A stretch of DNA of 64,000 nucleotides from an uncultured Ruminococcus sp. (GCA_963604655.1 CAVCRP010000002.1:45259-109258), one strand, 5' to 3'. Numbered from the stretch's first letter, positions 25,161 to 34,527 are shown. Translations and numbers: made by a program. The notes: a model not told the origin generated them from the letters alone.

Positions 25161-27065
25161 ATGGAACAGATTATCTTGAACATACTCGACGCCCTGCGCC
25201 ACGGTGAGACCGTGGATGACAAGGCGCTCGTCAAACTGATACATGCCGAGGCGCGCCGCGAGGGTGCCGACAAACGCGATTTGGCCAAGCGCCGTCTGCT
25301 GCCGTTCTACCAGCGGGTTAAACGTGAGGAGCCGGCTCGTTGGGCTGGGTGGAATGTCGATGCCGAGCTGGAGCGTCAACTGCTTCAGGTGCTGCGCATG
25401 AAGCCGCGCCGCACAGCTTCGGGCGTGGCGACCATTACCGTTATTACCAAGCCGTGGCCGTGCTCGGGCGATTGCCTGTTTTGTCCCAATGACCTGCGCA
25501 TGCCCAAAAGCTATCTGCACGCCGAGCCGGCGTGCGCCCGTGCAGAGCAAAACTGCTTCGATCCGTATCTGCAGGTGAGTGCCCGTTTGACGGCGCTTTC
25601 GCAGATGGGGCATGCGACCGATAAGATTGAGCTCATCGTGCTCGGCGGCACCTGGAGCGACTATCCGCAAGGCTATCAGACCTGGTTTATGTCGGAGCTC
25701 TTCCGCGCGCTCAATGACGACGCCGTGGCCGGCGTGGCGGCCAATCCCATGCTGGCGCGTCCGGGCATCAGCCGTGCCGAGGCGGGGCGTCTGCTCGATG
25801 ACGCGCCCGCCGATGCGTTGCCGCCGGTGGTGGCGGAGCGTCGCGAGCGCTATCGGGCGGCAGGCATTGCGACCGACGAGTGTGAACTTGCGGCGGGCGT
25901 TGCCGGCGAACAGGAGCGCGTGGATGCTGCCGTGGGCGGCTACAACCGTGCGGTGCGTCGCCTGTACGGTCCCGGTACGCCGTGGGGCGAGGTCGCCGAG
26001 TGGCAGACAGCCACGATGGAAGAGCTCGAACGTCAGCAGCGCATTAACGAGACGGCGAAGCATCGCGTGGTGGGGCTCGTTATCGAGACCCGCCCGGATG
26101 CCGTGACGCCGCAGGCGCTTACGCTTATTCGCCGCCTGGGTTGCACCAAGATCCAGATGGGTATTCAGAGCCTTGATCAGCGCCTGCTCGATATCAACGA
26201 TCGCCGCATTACGGTGCCTCAGATTGAGCGTGCGTTTTCGCTTGCAAGGCTGTTTGGCTTTAAGATTCACGCGCACTTTATGCTCAACTTGCTGGGCGCC
26301 ACACCCGAGGGGGACAAGCTCGACTACGAGCGCTTTATGACCGAGGGCGCCTTTATGCCCGACGAGGTCAAGGTTTACCCGTGCGCACTCATTGAGGGTT
26401 CGCGTCTGGTGGGCTGCTATGAGCGTGGCGAGTGGCGCCCCTATACCGAGGAAGAGCTGCTCGACGTGCTGGCCGATGACATCGTGGTGACGCCGGCGTT
26501 TTGCCGTATCAGCCGTATGATTCGCGACTTTAGCTCCGACGACATCATGGTGGGCAATAAGAAGCCCAACCTGCGTCAGCTCGTCGAGAATCGCTTGGCG
26601 GCCCGCGGCGAGGACGCAAAGGTGCGTGAGATTCGCTATCGCGAGATCAGTACCGCGGGCGCCGATTTGGATGAGCTCTCTCTTGATGAGGTTGTTTACG
26701 AGACGCCAGTGACGAGCGAACGCTTTTTGCAGCGGGTGACGCCCGAGGGCAAAATCGCCGGCTTTTTGCGCCTGTCGCTGCCCTATCGCGCGTTTGTTGC
26801 CGCGCATGCGAACGAGCTGCCGACGACGCCTGAGGAGGCAATGATTCGCGAGGTGCACGTGTATGGTATGGCGGCACGTGTGGGCGATCAGGGCCAGGCG
26901 GCTCAGCATCACGGTCTGGGGCGTTCGCTCGTGGAGCGTGCGTGCCAGATTGCTCGGGATGCGGGCTATACGCGCATCAACGTGATTAGCGCGATTGGCA
27001 CGCGCGAGTACTACCGTAACCTGGGTTTTTACGACCATGGCCTCTATCTGCAAAAGGAGCTCTAG
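25161..27065 (+). CDS. elp3: Elp3-type radical SAM + GNAT enzyme (tRNA U34 cm5 modification family)
   Basis: CSGDCLFCP radical-SAM cysteine cluster, central Elp3 body, and the C-terminal GNAT ...HHGLGRSLVERACQIARDAGYTRINVISAIGTREYYRNLGFYDHGLYLQKEL, the typical Elp3 ending. Confidence 0.88.
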   Translation: MEQIILNILDALRHGETVDDKALVKLIHAEARREGADKRDLAKRRLLPFYQRVKREEPARWAGWNVDAELERQLLQVLRMKPRRTASGVATITVITKPWPCSGDCLFCPNDLRMPKSYLHAEPACARAEQNCFDPYLQVSARLTALSQMGHATDKIELIVLGGTWSDYPQGYQTWFMSELFRALNDDAVAGVAANPMLARPGISRAEAGRLLDDAPADALPPVVAERRERYRAAGIATDECELAAGVAGEQERVDAAVGGYNRAVRRLYGPGTPWGEVAEWQTATMEELERQQRINETAKHRVVGLVIETRPDAVTPQALTLIRRLGCTKIQMGIQSLDQRLLDINDRRITVPQIERAFSLARLFGFKIHAHFMLNLLGATPEGDKLDYERFMTEGAFMPDEVKVYPCALIEGSRLVGCYERGEWRPYTEEELLDVLADDIVVTPAFCRISRMIRDFSSDDIMVGNKKPNLRQLVENRLAARGEDAKVREIRYREISTAGADLDELSLDEVVYETPVTSERFLQRVTPEGKIAGFLRLSLPYRAFVAAHANELPTTPEEAMIREVHVYGMAARVGDQGQAAQHHGLGRSLVERACQIARDAGYTRINVISAIGTREYYRNLGFYDHGLYLQKEL

Positions 27066-27941
27066 ATGAACAAGCCGAGTGTTTCCGCTGGCGTTGTTGC
27101 TGGCGTTGCCCTGGGAGCTGCAGCGCTGGGTGCGGCTGCCGTTGCTGTTCGTGCTGCCTGTCTGCAGGTCGCGCGAACCCGCAACGGGCTGGCGCGTGTG
27201 AAGCGCGTGCACGACGAGAATGGTGACGAGGTCCGTGTTCTGGTGCAGGGCGGCGTCTACCAAAGCGCGAGCTACGTTGGCGAGCGTTGGGCGGAACCCG
27301 TCTTTGCGTACTATCGCGCATTTGACGATGTGTTTGAGACTGAGGACGCAATGCGTGATGCTTGCGGGCATGGTATCGACCGTATGCTTATGCTGGGCGG
27401 GGGCGGGTTTGCCTATCCCAAGTATGCGCTGATGTCGCATGAGAGCTTGCGCATGGACGTCATTGAGTACGATGCCGAGATTACGCGTCTGGCGCGTCGT
27501 TGGTTCTACTTGGACGAGCTGGAACGTACGGTTGGCGATCGCCTTCGGGTGATTACCGCCGAGGCGCGCTCGTACCTGGGTGTGACGAGCGTGGGGCATC
27601 GTCGCTACGACGTGGTTGTGAGCGATTGCTTTGGCGGTGCCGAGCCCGTGCGCGAGCTGGCAACCGTTGAGGCACTCCGTTTGGTACGGGGCAGCTTGAA
27701 CCCGGGCGGCATCTACGCGGCCAACATTGTGAGTGCGAACGAGGGGAGCGATGTAACGTTCCTGCGCGATTGCGTCGCCACGGCGCTCGAGGTGTTCGAC
27801 CGCGCTTGGGTAATTCCCTGCGGTGACACGGAGTTCGGCGGCGAGGAAAACTACCTGCTCATCGCCAGCGACGGTGACTACACCTTCATCGAAGCCGTGC
27901 CTTTCGACATCGACTTCCTCGGCATTCCGCTCCACGACTAG
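27066..27941 (+). CDS. spermidine-synthase-fold (PABS-like) class I methyltransferase-fold protein with N-terminal TM segment
   Basis: The ATG abuts the Elp3 stop (TAGATG). N-terminal AGVVAGVALGAAALGAAAVAV, then MLMLGGGGFAYP (glycine-rich motif I) ...MDVIEYD... YDVVVSDCF... GGIYAANI. Confidence 0.7.
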   Translation: MNKPSVSAGVVAGVALGAAALGAAAVAVRAACLQVARTRNGLARVKRVHDENGDEVRVLVQGGVYQSASYVGERWAEPVFAYYRAFDDVFETEDAMRDACGHGIDRMLMLGGGGFAYPKYALMSHESLRMDVIEYDAEITRLARRWFYLDELERTVGDRLRVITAEARSYLGVTSVGHRRYDVVVSDCFGGAEPVRELATVEALRLVRGSLNPGGIYAANIVSANEGSDVTFLRDCVATALEVFDRAWVIPCGDTEFGGEENYLLIASDGDYTFIEAVPFDIDFLGIPLHD

Positions 27942-27972
27942 CTCATTGAGCCCCGTCCTAAAAAGACAGGTC

Positions 27973-30417
27973 TTATGCGTGGCTGCGCCAGCCGAGGACG
28001 CGCTGCTTCATGCCTTCGATGTCGAGGACGCCTTCGGCGAAGCCTTTGCGCACGAGTTCCTCGGGAACGTACTCGTCGTAACGATCGAAGTAGGGCACCT
28101 CGCCGGGGTAGACGAGCTCGATGGGGTCGAAGTCCTTATCGGCCTCGGCAGCGAGCACCTCAAAGAACGTCTCCTCGTCGGCCTTCATCTTGAACTGCAT
28201 AAAGTATGGACGCGACGGATCGAGCCCTCTAAGGCCCAGCTCTGCGGCGCATTTAATCTTGAGCATGCGTTCGAGCGCCAAGAAGGCATAACTGCCAAGC
28301 CACGGGAAGAGCACCCAGGTGTCACCGCCTAGGTTAACGAGCGGCTTAGTTCCCGCGCCCGAAATCTCGGCGGTATGACGAGCCTGCGTAAGGCGTGCTC
28401 GTGCGTTGCCCATAAGGTACGGATATGCCGCGTGCTCGTTGAGCGCCTGGCGCATGCGCTCGAGCACATGCGTATTGATGTCTCCGGGACAGTCGCCAAA
28501 GTAGGCCGGCACACGGCCCTTGACCTGCGTGGCAAAGACGGTGTGACGCTTCCAGTCCACTTCCTCGACGATCCAGCAATGCCCTGCGATGGCGATGCGC
28601 TCACCAGGTGGTGGTGGATTGACGATCGTGCCCAGCTCGGCCGATTCGCTGCGAACGGTAAACTCCTCGTTCTCCTGGAACACGGCGTAGAACTTGAAGT
28701 TGTTGATGACGCGCTCGCCCGCGAGGCCCACGATGAGCCCGCCGCCCTCGGTGACCTGGATATGGTCGATTTTGATGAGGTGGCGTAGCAGCACACGGTA
28801 GTCGTCGGCCGAGACACGGTGGAAATAGCTGAGCGTGAGCACGCGCTGGGCAAGCTCGGCCGGTGTGAGCTCGCCGGTGCTGGCGAGCGTCGACATGGTC
28901 TGGTGATAGAGCAAGCTGTAGGGGAGTCGATCGAGCTCGGGCGGCTCGACCCACTTTTCCTCGCGATAGAGTTGTACGAGCGCGATGCCCTGTAGAAGCT
29001 TCCATGGAATGGTCTCGGGCATCATCGTGCGCGGCTCGGGCTCCTCCTCGCGCATGACGAACCACATCTCGGGTGGAAGATCGCGGCGGCCCGTACGCCC
29101 CATGCGCTGCAAAAAGGAGCTGACGGTAAACGGCGCGTCGATCTGGAACGCGCGCTCCAGGCGGCCGATATCAATGCCGAGCTCCAACGTGGAGGTGGTG
29201 ACGGTTGTCTGCGCCTGCTCCTCGTCGCGCATCAGCTCCTCGGCCGTCTCACGCAGCGATGCCGAGAGGTTCCCGTGGTGGATGAGGAAGCGGTCGGGCT
29301 CGTGCTGGTTCTCGCAGTAGCTGCGCAGCATGGAGCACACGGCCTCGGCCTCCTCGCGCGAGTTCGCAAAGACCAGGCACTTGCGGCCGCGGGTATGTTC
29401 AAAGATATAGCCCATGCCGGGATCGGCGTTGTCGGGCGCGGTATCGGTGGGGTTGAGCAGCGCCTGCTCGGTCGCTCGCGGGATGTCGACTTCGCCCTCG
29501 GGGGCCGAGGAAGTGCGACGGTCCTTAGGAGCGGCCTTGCCCCGCGTCTGCTCGCGACGTTGGCGGCGTTCCTCCTGTGTGAGCTGTCCGCTATGGCGCA
29601 TGTCTTGGGCGCCGGCAGGCAGTGCCGCGGGTGCCGCTGCTTCAATGCGCTCGCATGCGAGCACCTCAGCTTCCTGCGGACCTGCGCTCATAAATCCTCG
29701 TTGCTGCGCCTGGGGGCCCGAGTTGTAGAAGTGCTCCATGGAGATGCGCCACACGCGGCGCGGTTCTTCAAAACGGGGGATAACGCAGTCGCGCCCCGTT
29801 CCCTGTGAGAGAAAAGTGCCCGTGCGTTCGGGGTCTCCGATGGTGGCCGAAAGGCCGATGCGTCGGGGCTGCACGCCGGCCATGCGCGAAAGGCGCTCGA
29901 TAAGACAGAGCGTCTGACCGCCACGGTCGCCGCGCATGAGCGAGTGGACCTCGTCGATAACGACATAGCGCAGGTCGCAAAACATGCGCGGGATGGCCAT
30001 GTGCTTATGGATCAGAAGCGCCTCGAGTGATTCGGGCGTAATCTGCAAGATACCACTCGGCTTTTTGATGAGTTTTGCCTTGTGCGACTGCGAGACGTCG
30101 CCGTGCCAGTGCCAGACGGGGATATCGGCCTCTTCGCACAGATCGTTGAGGCGTACAAACTGATCGTTGATGAGCGCTTTGAGAGGGCCAATGTAGAGGG
30201 CGCCCACGCTCGCGGGCGGGTTCTCCCAAAACTCGGTCAGGATGGGAAAGAAGGCCGCCTCGGTTTTGCCGGATGCCGTGGATGCCGTCAGGAGTACATT
30301 GTCTTGCGTGTTGAAGATGGCATCTGCTGCCGCAACCTGAATAGAGCGCAGGCTCTCCCAATCGTGGGAGTAGATAAAGTCTTGGATAAACGGAGCATAT
30401 CGGTCAAAAGCGTTCAC
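27973..30417 (-). CDS. Lhr-like DEAD/DEAH-box SF2 helicase (Shango SngC-like)
   Basis: LLTASTASGKTEAAF (motif I), VVIDEVHSL (DEVH), GLSATIG (III) and HHGNLS...TSTLELGIDIG (V/VI region). GTG at 30417 lies 5 nt after GAGGAGG; the TTG at 30432 in the track contains the SD. Confidence 0.85.
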   Translation of the reverse strand: MNAFDRYAPFIQDFIYSHDWESLRSIQVAAADAIFNTQDNVLLTASTASGKTEAAFFPILTEFWENPPASVGALYIGPLKALINDQFVRLNDLCEEADIPVWHWHGDVSQSHKAKLIKKPSGILQITPESLEALLIHKHMAIPRMFCDLRYVVIDEVHSLMRGDRGGQTLCLIERLSRMAGVQPRRIGLSATIGDPERTGTFLSQGTGRDCVIPRFEEPRRVWRISMEHFYNSGPQAQQRGFMSAGPQEAEVLACERIEAAAPAALPAGAQDMRHSGQLTQEERRQRREQTRGKAAPKDRRTSSAPEGEVDIPRATEQALLNPTDTAPDNADPGMGYIFEHTRGRKCLVFANSREEAEAVCSMLRSYCENQHEPDRFLIHHGNLSASLRETAEELMRDEEQAQTTVTTSTLELGIDIGRLERAFQIDAPFTVSSFLQRMGRTGRRDLPPEMWFVMREEEPEPRTMMPETIPWKLLQGIALVQLYREEKWVEPPELDRLPYSLLYHQTMSTLASTGELTPAELAQRVLTLSYFHRVSADDYRVLLRHLIKIDHIQVTEGGGLIVGLAGERVINNFKFYAVFQENEEFTVRSESAELGTIVNPPPPGERIAIAGHCWIVEEVDWKRHTVFATQVKGRVPAYFGDCPGDINTHVLERMRQALNEHAAYPYLMGNARARLTQARHTAEISGAGTKPLVNLGGDTWVLFPWLGSYAFLALERMLKIKCAAELGLRGLDPSRPYFMQFKMKADEETFFEVLAAEADKDFDPIELVYPGEVPYFDRYDEYVPEELVRKGFAEGVLDIEGMKQRVLGWRSHA

Positions 30418-30491
30418 GGGGCCTCCTCTCAAAATGAGCGTTCAGAAGCGACGGGATATGCGCTGTCGCTTTGCAACATCGACGTTTGCCT

Positions 30492-30534
30492 AGATAAAAC
30501 CTACCAAAATAAACCTGTCCCTTTTTGGCAGGTT
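30492..30534 (-). repeat. 43-nt palindromic element, copy 2 (inverted relative to 8245-8287)
   Basis: AGATAAAACCTACCAAAATAAACCTGTCCCTTTTTGGCAGGTT lies in the 115-nt gap between the ATPase stop and the helicase start and overlaps the ATPase stop codon by 2 nt. Confidence 0.65.
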
Positions 30535-31837
30535 AGATGGTGAACTCGGCGAAGTTGCGGTTGTCGCCTGCGATGCCAGTGTCGTTTGTTGCGGCTGCCG
30601 GTGCCAGTGCGTCGCCACCGACGCTTTGCAGCAACTCTGCCACGTCGGCGTCGGGGTTTTGACACAGGATATCGAGCAGCTCGATAAAGTCGCGAATGAC
30701 CTCACGGGGCGTCAGGTGCGTGTCGGCCCCTACGCGACCAAACTCAATCTTGAGGAAGTCCACCAAGTCGTTCTCGGTAAGCGTAGGCGTCCAGCCAAAG
30801 TAGCCGGCATGGATCTGCATGAGCTTTTCGATCAGTACCAGCAGCTCCTCATAGGTGAGCGGCTGCAGGCGGATGATGGGCGCGAGCATGTCTTTGAGGT
30901 CCTCGCGCGCAAAACGGCCCTGAGCGAGACGGCTGCGCAGAGCCTCGTAGGAAAAGACGCCGCGGCGTCGGTCTTCGATAGAGGTTGGCGTGCCGCCCAT
31001 GATCATGCCCAGGTACTGCGCCTTGCCTTGCAACGTGTCGTTGTACATGGTCAGGATCTTCTCGTAGTTGTACTGGCGCGTGATGGCGTTGGGGATCTTG
31101 TACAGGTTTACGAGTTCGTCGATGAGCACCAGCATGCCCTTATAGCCGCTGCAGACCAAAAAGCGCGCGATGAGTTTGATGTAGTCGTACCAGTCGTCGT
31201 CGCTGATGATGGTCGAGGAGCCTAGCTCGGCGCGTGCCTCGCTCTTAGTGCGGTACTCACCGCGAATCCATTTGGTCACGCGGCTCATGGTCTCTTCGTC
31301 ACCCTCCGAGACGGCCATGCGATAACGGCGGAGCATGCGGGTGAAGTCGAAGCCGTGGACCATCTCCTCGAGCGGGGCCAGTTGGGCATTGACGACCGAC
31401 TCGTCGACGTCGGCACACGAGGCGACCCAGCGATCCAGAATTAGGTTGAGCGCACCGCCCTCGGGGCGCGTCTTGGTCGATATATTGCGGATGAGCTCGC
31501 GGTAGGTGGCAAGGCCCTGTCCCTGACCGCCCTGCAGGCGGCGCTCGGGCGACAGGTCGGCATCAGCGACGACGAATCCCTCGCCCATGGCGTGCGTGCG
31601 GATAGTCTGGAGCAAAAAGCTCTTGCCGGCGCCGTAACGACCGACCAGAAAGCGGAAGCTCGCGCCACCGTCGGCGATGAGACTCAGGTCGGTGAGCAGG
31701 GCGCGGATCTCGACCTCGCGCCCTACGGTGATGTAAGGAAGGCCGATGCGCGGGACCACACCGCCCTTGAGCGAGTTGAGAATGACGGCAGCGACGCGCT
31801 TGGGCACGCGAGGTGCTGCGGATGCGGTATCACTCAT
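30533..31837 (-). CDS. DUF2791 / BrxC-BrxD-like P-loop ATPase (Shango SngB-like)
   Basis: ...NSLKGGVVPRIGLPYITVGREVEIRALLTDL...FLVGRYGAGKSFLL (Walker A) ...KGMLVLIDELV (Walker B). The start overlaps the upstream stop (ATGAGTGA). Confidence 0.85.
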   Translation of the reverse strand: MSDTASAAPRVPKRVAAVILNSLKGGVVPRIGLPYITVGREVEIRALLTDLSLIADGGASFRFLVGRYGAGKSFLLQTIRTHAMGEGFVVADADLSPERRLQGGQGQGLATYRELIRNISTKTRPEGGALNLILDRWVASCADVDESVVNAQLAPLEEMVHGFDFTRMLRRYRMAVSEGDEETMSRVTKWIRGEYRTKSEARAELGSSTIISDDDWYDYIKLIARFLVCSGYKGMLVLIDELVNLYKIPNAITRQYNYEKILTMYNDTLQGKAQYLGMIMGGTPTSIEDRRRGVFSYEALRSRLAQGRFAREDLKDMLAPIIRLQPLTYEELLVLIEKLMQIHAGYFGWTPTLTENDLVDFLKIEFGRVGADTHLTPREVIRDFIELLDILCQNPDADVAELLQSVGGDALAPAAATNDTGIAGDNRNFAEFTI

Positions 31838-33605
31838 GGTCTAGGTATCCTCTCACGTCTGCTTCGTAGTCCTCGATAATCTGCGGCCCTGCCGCGCTAA
31901 ATTCAATTACGGTGTCGCCCACCAGGTCAAAGAGCGCCTCGTTGATGGTATCGACGAGCATGTCCTCGCTCTGCTCCGATTGCACTACCGCCGATTCCGC
32001 CTGTATTGCGTTGTGCTCGAGCAGCGCGCGGAGATAGGCGTCTGCGGCGGGCGCGAGTTCGTTTGTGGCGTCAGCGGGCGTAGCAGCTGCGAACGCGGGC
32101 GTAGCAGCTGCGAACGCGGGCGTCGGCGCGAGAAGCGGTGCCACGACACCAAACTGTTCGGTGGATATGGTCGGCTCGTCGGACTCGTCCTGCCCTGCAG
32201 CCGCCGCGACCGCCTCGACCGTCGCGTCGGCTACGGGCTCGGCTTCCGGTTGCCCTGAGTCCGCTGCCTCGGCTTCTGCGGACGCGCCGTCCTCGCGTTC
32301 CTCGTCGATCAAAAGCGCTTCGCGCGTTTGTGCGGCAGCGCTCCGAATGTGCCCCAGCTGGCTCAAATCGATATCGATCTTGACGGGCTGGTGTGCGGCG
32401 TCCCACGAAAGCCATGCCACAATCTCGTCATCGATAATCTTGGCCAGATATTTGGGGACCTTTTCTTCCTTAAGGGGATGGGCAGGGTCCAGGGCTAGGC
32501 GCAGGCGTTGGTCGCAGGCGCGCATCATCTCGCCAAGTTTGCTGCTCTTTTGTCTGCTGCCGTGAATCCGCATGCATTCCCAAAAACCGTTTTGGCAACG
32601 GTAGATATGGATGGGGTCCAGACGGTATTCGCAGTCCTCGTGGCGCTCGGGCGCAAAGAATACGGCCGAGGCAAACATGGTGTAGGGCATTGCCGTCTCC
32701 TCCCCAAATAAACTTGCCACGATGCCGGTCTTTCGGTGCGTGTCGTAGTAGCGCGCCATGCGGACATACACGGCGCACGCCACGTGGCGCAGATCGCGGT
32801 GATGGCTGCGGTCGAGCCGCGAGCTACTTAGGTTGTACGTGGAGAGGGCGTTGATGGCGGCCATGAGTCGCTCCTCGCGCACCTCATCGGGCGGAAGGGG
32901 GAGCGTGGGCTCGGAGGTTTTGCGACGCTTAGGGGTCTGGCCGGACGGTGCCGGTACAAGGTCTCGTGCCGCGCGCCGCAGTTCGATAAGGGCGTTATCG
33001 AACATGACGGTTTTAGAGTCGCGAAGCAGCTTGGGGTCGAGCCCGTGGAACACGGCGTAATCTTGCAGCCACACGCGCGCAAACCGGTCGATGCTGGGCT
33101 CGAAGGCGCGATAGACATCCCAAAAAGCCTTGATCTTGTTAAAACCATCGAGTGGATTATCTACGCCAATGCCGCAGATCAGCTCATAGAGATACAGAAA
33201 GGCAAAGGACGTAGACGTTTCCTCGACGGTTCCGCGGCGCACTTGGGCACGCCAGGTAAAGTAGCCGCGCAGTTGCCGGTCGCTCATGGCGTTGTAGGTG
33301 GGAAAGTACGACTTAAAGGTGCCGTTGTAGGGACAGTCGTCCTCAAAGTCGGCCATCAGCAGGCCCTGGCGGTAAAAAAGCTCGGCTTCCGAAAGCCAGC
33401 GGCCCGCACCGCCCTTGGGGTCATCCTGCCAGCGCGATATCTCGCGCATTTTACGGTACTGGTCGGGGAGGAAATTCTGCATCTGTCGGCCGGTTTTGAG
33501 AATCGGCTCGTCTGCGTAGGTTTCGTTTGAGAAGCGGGCGGACTGATGGGTCCGGGCCTCGGCCATAATGCGCTCGATGAGCATCTTGATGTCCTGGTCG
33601 GCCAC
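31830..33605 (-). CDS. TerB-N / TerB-C domain protein with low-complexity linker (Shango SngA-like)
   Basis: The N-terminal region ...YNAMSDRQLRGYFTWRAQVRRGTVEETSTSFAFLYLYELICGIG... resembles TerB_N. The C-terminal ...EDMLVDTINEALFDLVGDTVIEF...IIEDYE... resembles TerB_C. The middle is Ala/Pro/Glu-rich. Confidence 0.8.
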   Translation of the reverse strand: MADQDIKMLIERIMAEARTHQSARFSNETYADEPILKTGRQMQNFLPDQYRKMREISRWQDDPKGGAGRWLSEAELFYRQGLLMADFEDDCPYNGTFKSYFPTYNAMSDRQLRGYFTWRAQVRRGTVEETSTSFAFLYLYELICGIGVDNPLDGFNKIKAFWDVYRAFEPSIDRFARVWLQDYAVFHGLDPKLLRDSKTVMFDNALIELRRAARDLVPAPSGQTPKRRKTSEPTLPLPPDEVREERLMAAINALSTYNLSSSRLDRSHHRDLRHVACAVYVRMARYYDTHRKTGIVASLFGEETAMPYTMFASAVFFAPERHEDCEYRLDPIHIYRCQNGFWECMRIHGSRQKSSKLGEMMRACDQRLRLALDPAHPLKEEKVPKYLAKIIDDEIVAWLSWDAAHQPVKIDIDLSQLGHIRSAAAQTREALLIDEEREDGASAEAEAADSGQPEAEPVADATVEAVAAAAGQDESDEPTISTEQFGVVAPLLAPTPAFAAATPAFAAATPADATNELAPAADAYLRALLEHNAIQAESAVVQSEQSEDMLVDTINEALFDLVGDTVIEFSAAGPQIIEDYEADVRGYLDHE

Positions 33606-33692
33606 CGCTCCTCCTCTCGAACGCAGCTACGGTGACCTCATATCATAGCACAGCATCAAACAGATGTTCGAGATACCGCTGCGTTGATAGAT

Positions 33693-34409
33693 TTAGAACA
33701 GGAGGGCGTAGATGACGGCGATGACGACGGAGGGAAGCATATTGGCCGTGCGGAAGGTCTGAGGACGGATGAGGTTGACGCCGACGCAGAAGATGAGCAT
33801 GGAGCCTACGAGCGAAAGGCTGTTGAGGGCTGCTGTGGTCATGATGGGGGAGAGCGCGCCGGCAAACAACGTGATCGTCCCCTGGAACACGGCGACGGGC
33901 AGGGCGGAGAAGATGCAGCCGCGGCCAAGCGAGGCCGTCATGGTGCAGACGATGATGCAGTCCAGTGCGCCCTTGAGGGCAAGCGTTGACCAGTCGCCGA
34001 GCAGGCCGTCCTGGATCGATCCCACAATGGCCATGGCGCCGATGCACACGGTGAGTGAAGTCGAGACAAAAGCGTTGGTGAACTCGTTATCGCCCTCACT
34101 GCCAGTCTTGCGCTTGAGCCATTCGCCAAGGTTCTCGATGGCGGCCTCCAAGTTGATGGCCTCGCCGATGAGCGAACCGAGCGCAAATGAGACGATGAGC
34201 ATGGTGGTACCGGTGGTCGCTAGCGCCTTTCCATCGATGATGAGCATCTTTTGCATGGTGCCGCCCAGGCCGATAAACAGAACGCACAGCCCCGATGCTT
34301 TCATGAGCGTGTCTTGGATGCGCGGTGTAATGAAGCGGCCGCCCGCTAATCCCAAAAGACCGCCCGCAACTAAAAGCGCAACGTTGATGATTGTTCCCAA
34401 GCCCGGCAT
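33693..34409 (-). CDS. DUF554 family membrane protein
   Basis: MPGLGTIINVALLVAGGLLGLAGGRFITPRIQDTLMKASGLCVLFIGLGG is the typical DUF554 N-terminus, in a polytopic protein. ATG at 34409 follows CAGGAGGG. Confidence 0.8.
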   Translation of the reverse strand: MPGLGTIINVALLVAGGLLGLAGGRFITPRIQDTLMKASGLCVLFIGLGGTMQKMLIIDGKALATTGTTMLIVSFALGSLIGEAINLEAAIENLGEWLKRKTGSEGDNEFTNAFVSTSLTVCIGAMAIVGSIQDGLLGDWSTLALKGALDCIIVCTMTASLGRGCIFSALPVAVFQGTITLFAGALSPIMTTAALNSLSLVGSMLIFCVGVNLIRPQTFRTANMLPSVVIAVIYALLF

Positions 34410-34527
34410 GAGCCCTCCTGTATTGATGCCAACGTGGCAATCGTAGCAGAACGAAATGCGAGGCACATCGCGACTCATCTAATACGTTATATAAGTGGTA
34501 TTAGGAATGATGCGCAGCATTTAAGCC

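Noticed and set aside
24894-27935. 1013-aa minus-strand ORF
   Set aside because: It is antisense to Elp3 and the PABS-like gene, both of which have clear family motifs. The product is Arg/Ala/His-rich with no motifs, a GC-driven shadow ORF.
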